A stretch of 64,000 nt of DNA from contig JBKJMZ010000013.1 of NCBI GenBank assembly GCA_046596255.1, forward strand, positions 263 through 64,262. The letters run 5' to 3'. Source of the stretch: Ferruginibacter sp. GTDB taxonomy: Bacteria > Bacteroidota > Bacteroidia > Chitinophagales > Chitinophagaceae. Made by a program: the position numbers and the translations under genes. Shown in pieces: positions 61,906 to 64,000 of the stretch. The first letter of the stretch is position 1; each line of letters starts with the position of its first letter. Below the pieces are notes generated by a model. The model was not told the DNA's origin. It ran no database searches and saw only the letters and a list, made by a program, of their open reading frames with translations.

Positions 61906-64000
61906 ATGAGAAAATTGATTTTAATTCTATCAGCAGTATTTGTATTTGTACTGAATACTGCTGCCCAGAACCGTACAGTTAGTGGTAAGGTTACTGATGA
62001 TAAGGGGGCTCCGGTTGAAGGAGTAACAGTAACCAGTCCCGATGGTAAACTAGGAACCCAAACTGATGCAGCCGGGAACTACAGCATTTCTCTTCCCGCA
62101 TCTGTCAGATCACTTCGATTTTCAGATGTAAATTTTGAACCACAAACACAATCTATCGGTACCCAGCTAGTGGTTAATACAAAACTTAAGATCAAGGATA
62201 CCAATCTGGAAGAAGTGGTGGTGGTTGGTTATGGTACGCAGCAGAAAGTAAAAGTAACCGGCTCAATAGGTAAAGTTGGTGGCGATAAAGTTGCTACCCT
62301 GGCCACAACCAGTTTTGATAGACAATTAGCCGGACGGATTTCGGGTGTTCAGGTGGTGGCGGGCTCGGGCTTAGTTAGTGCTGCACCACGTATCCGTATA
62401 AGAGGTGTTAACTCTATTACACAGGGTCGGGATCCACTAATTGTATTAGATGGGGTTCCAACTTTTTCAGGTGGAGCATCGGGCGTTGCTAATACCAATG
62501 TACTTGCAGATATAAACCCTGCAGATATTGAATCTTATGAAGTGCTTAAGGATGGCGCTGCCGCCGCCATTTTCGGTTCAAGAGCTGCAAATGGGGTTAT
62601 TTTGATAACTACAAAGAAGGGAAAAAACGGGAAGCTTAATGTTAATTATGATATGTACATGGGTTTTAGTAATGCCTTCAACATACCCCGCTTACTGAAT
62701 GCATCCGAGTTTATTACTATTTCCAATGAAAAACTCAGAAACGCAAACCAGGCTAATGGGGCATTTGCCGATGCCAGTAATACCAACACAAATTGGCTGG
62801 GTATTATCTTTAACAATAACCCTTTTGTACAAAGCCATACTATATCTGCCAGCGGAGGGTCTGATAAATCGACATATTATATGTCTGTCAATTATCTTTC
62901 GCAGGACGGTTTGGTAAGGACCAATTACAATCGCCGCTATAGTTTCAGGGCAAATATGGAACACAAGCCAAATAAGTATTTTAAATTTGGTAATAATATA
63001 ACCCTTAGCCGCACGGAAGATAACGACCAAAATAACGGCGGTAATGCATTGAGCGGTGCCATGGCCGGTGCCATGAGGGCCTTACCCAATGTACCTGTTT
63101 ACCTTTCAACACATCCAACAGGTTATAATTTAACTTTTCCAGACAATGCGTCTTTGGGTTCTGGAGCCAATACAAGAGTTATTGAAAATAATTATACCAA
63201 TATTGCCTATGTACTTGATAAAAATAAATTTACTAACCAACGCACAAGGGTTATCAATAATTTGTTTTTAGAATTAACACCCATTAAAGAATTGAGCATT
63301 AGAACACAGGCAACTGTAGATTACATTACTTCTACTGACTTTCAAAGTTTAGATAAGATACATGGTGATGGCAGAGGATTAAATGGAAGTGTTTTTAACC
63401 AAAATATTCAAACTACCAATTTAGCCTGGCAAACTTTTGCAACCGCTAATAAGAGTATCCGGAGACATACAGCCATCCTGGTAGCAGGTGTTGCAATGCA
63501 ACGAAGTCTTAGTCAAAACTTTAACGGTCAGGGAACTAATATTTCTGATCCATTTTTTCAAACCAATAACCTTATAACGAATTCTTATGTTAACCAGTTT
63601 TCAGGAGGGTTTTATGGCAAAAGAGGATACCAGTCATTTTTTGGACGGGCAAACTACGATTTTGATAACCGGTATTTTCTCGAATTTAGTATGCGTCGTG
63701 ATGGTTTAAGCAGTTTGTCAAAAGGGAACGAGTATGGTAACTTCTTTGGTGGTTCTGCAGCATGGAGAATCAGCCAGGAAAAATTCTGGACTAAAACTGG
63801 GTTGAACAGATTTATAGATCAACTGAAATTAAGAGCAAGCTATGCAGAAGTTGGTAACGAACCATCAGCTGCTTTTCCTTTTTTAAGCACCTATGGGCTT
63901 GCGCCTTATGGTGGAATTTCAGGCCTGGCTGCAAACCGTATTGGTAATACCAGCATACGTTGGGAAACCAGCAAAAAAATCAACTACGGTATTGATATGA
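61906..64000 (+). CDS. SusC/RagA-family TonB-linked outer membrane protein (3' end outside window)
   Basis: Read directly from the sequence; it is absent from the ORF track because no stop codon falls inside the window. MRKLILILSAVFVFVLNTAA|QNRTVSGKVTDDKGAPVEGVTVT is the CarboxypepD_reg-like part. The plug follows (VVVGYGTQQK...DPLIVLDGVP...IESYEVLKDGAAAAIFGSRAANGVILITTKKG), then the barrel. Confidence 0.9.
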   Translation, partial: MRKLILILSAVFVFVLNTAAQNRTVSGKVTDDKGAPVEGVTVTSPDGKLGTQTDAAGNYSISLPASVRSLRFSDVNFEPQTQSIGTQLVVNTKLKIKDTNLEEVVVVGYGTQQKVKVTGSIGKVGGDKVATLATTSFDRQLAGRISGVQVVAGSGLVSAAPRIRIRGVNSITQGRDPLIVLDGVPTFSGGASGVANTNVLADINPADIESYEVLKDGAAAAIFGSRAANGVILITTKKGKNGKLNVNYDMYMGFSNAFNIPRLLNASEFITISNEKLRNANQANGAFADASNTNTNWLGIIFNNNPFVQSHTISASGGSDKSTYYMSVNYLSQDGLVRTNYNRRYSFRANMEHKPNKYFKFGNNITLSRTEDNDQNNGGNALSGAMAGAMRALPNVPVYLSTHPTGYNLTFPDNASLGSGANTRVIENNYTNIAYVLDKNKFTNQRTRVINNLFLELTPIKELSIRTQATVDYITSTDFQSLDKIHGDGRGLNGSVFNQNIQTTNLAWQTFATANKSIRRHTAILVAGVAMQRSLSQNFNGQGTNISDPFFQTNNLITNSYVNQFSGGFYGKRGYQSFFGRANYDFDNRYFLEFSMRRDGLSSLSKGNEYGNFFGGSAAWRISQEKFWTKTGLNRFIDQLKLRASYAEVGNEPSAAFPFLSTYGLAPYGGISGLAANRIGNTSIRWETSKKINYGIDM

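Noticed and set aside
1-64000. I searched the whole window for tRNA/rRNA genes, transposases, integrases, phage genes and att-like long direct repeats that might delimit the protease island as a mobile element.
   Set aside because: None is recognisable. By eye, the island's composition does not differ obviously from the rest of the window. The right boundary is an ordinary terminator, and the left boundary lies outside the window.

Overview
This 64-kb window looks like a Bacteroidota chromosome, probably Chitinophagia or Sphingobacteriia. The taxon call is inference only. It rests on a SusC/RagA-type gene at the right edge, DUF2911/DUF4197/TIGR02757 genes, signal peptides that nearly all end in A|Q or G|Q, and AT-rich DNA with GC-rich intergenic hairpins.

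Positions 22.7-64 kb are mostly ordinary housekeeping and envelope genes: lysS, asnB, prfA, recO, tatC, rpiB, acpH, a deoxyhypusine-synthase-like gene, a PLP-dependent Cys/Met enzyme, two M28 peptidases, DPP-IV, an RND/MMPL transporter and a partial SusC. Small decayed accessory patches interrupt them:
- an NYN gene next to a DNA-methyltransferase C-terminal remnant
- a truncated GxxExxY gene
- an M48 pseudogene
- a Fic gene with a duplicated 3' end
- two genes broken by single-base insertions in homopolymers

The standout is the first ~21.7 kb (122-21724), seven consecutive genes that all encode predicted exported proteases:
- four large paralogs: signal peptide, then divergent WD40/beta-propeller repeats, then a conserved ~450-aa C-terminal cassette ending in a caspase-like (peptidase C14) domain
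- an HtrA-like trypsin/PDZ serine protease inside that array
- on the opposite strand, a convergent operon of a caspase-DUF4384-like protein and a CHAT-domain protein

No NTPase, gasdermin, CRISPR or toxin partner is visible, and the left edge of the window cuts the locus. I read it as a candidate extracytoplasmic caspase-fold protease system that none of the systems I know (bacterial gasdermin operons, type III-E CRISPR, STAND/NLR-like defence) accounts for.

I found no tRNA, rRNA, CRISPR array, transposase or integrase. All domain calls come from motif recognition by eye. No HMM or BLAST search was run.
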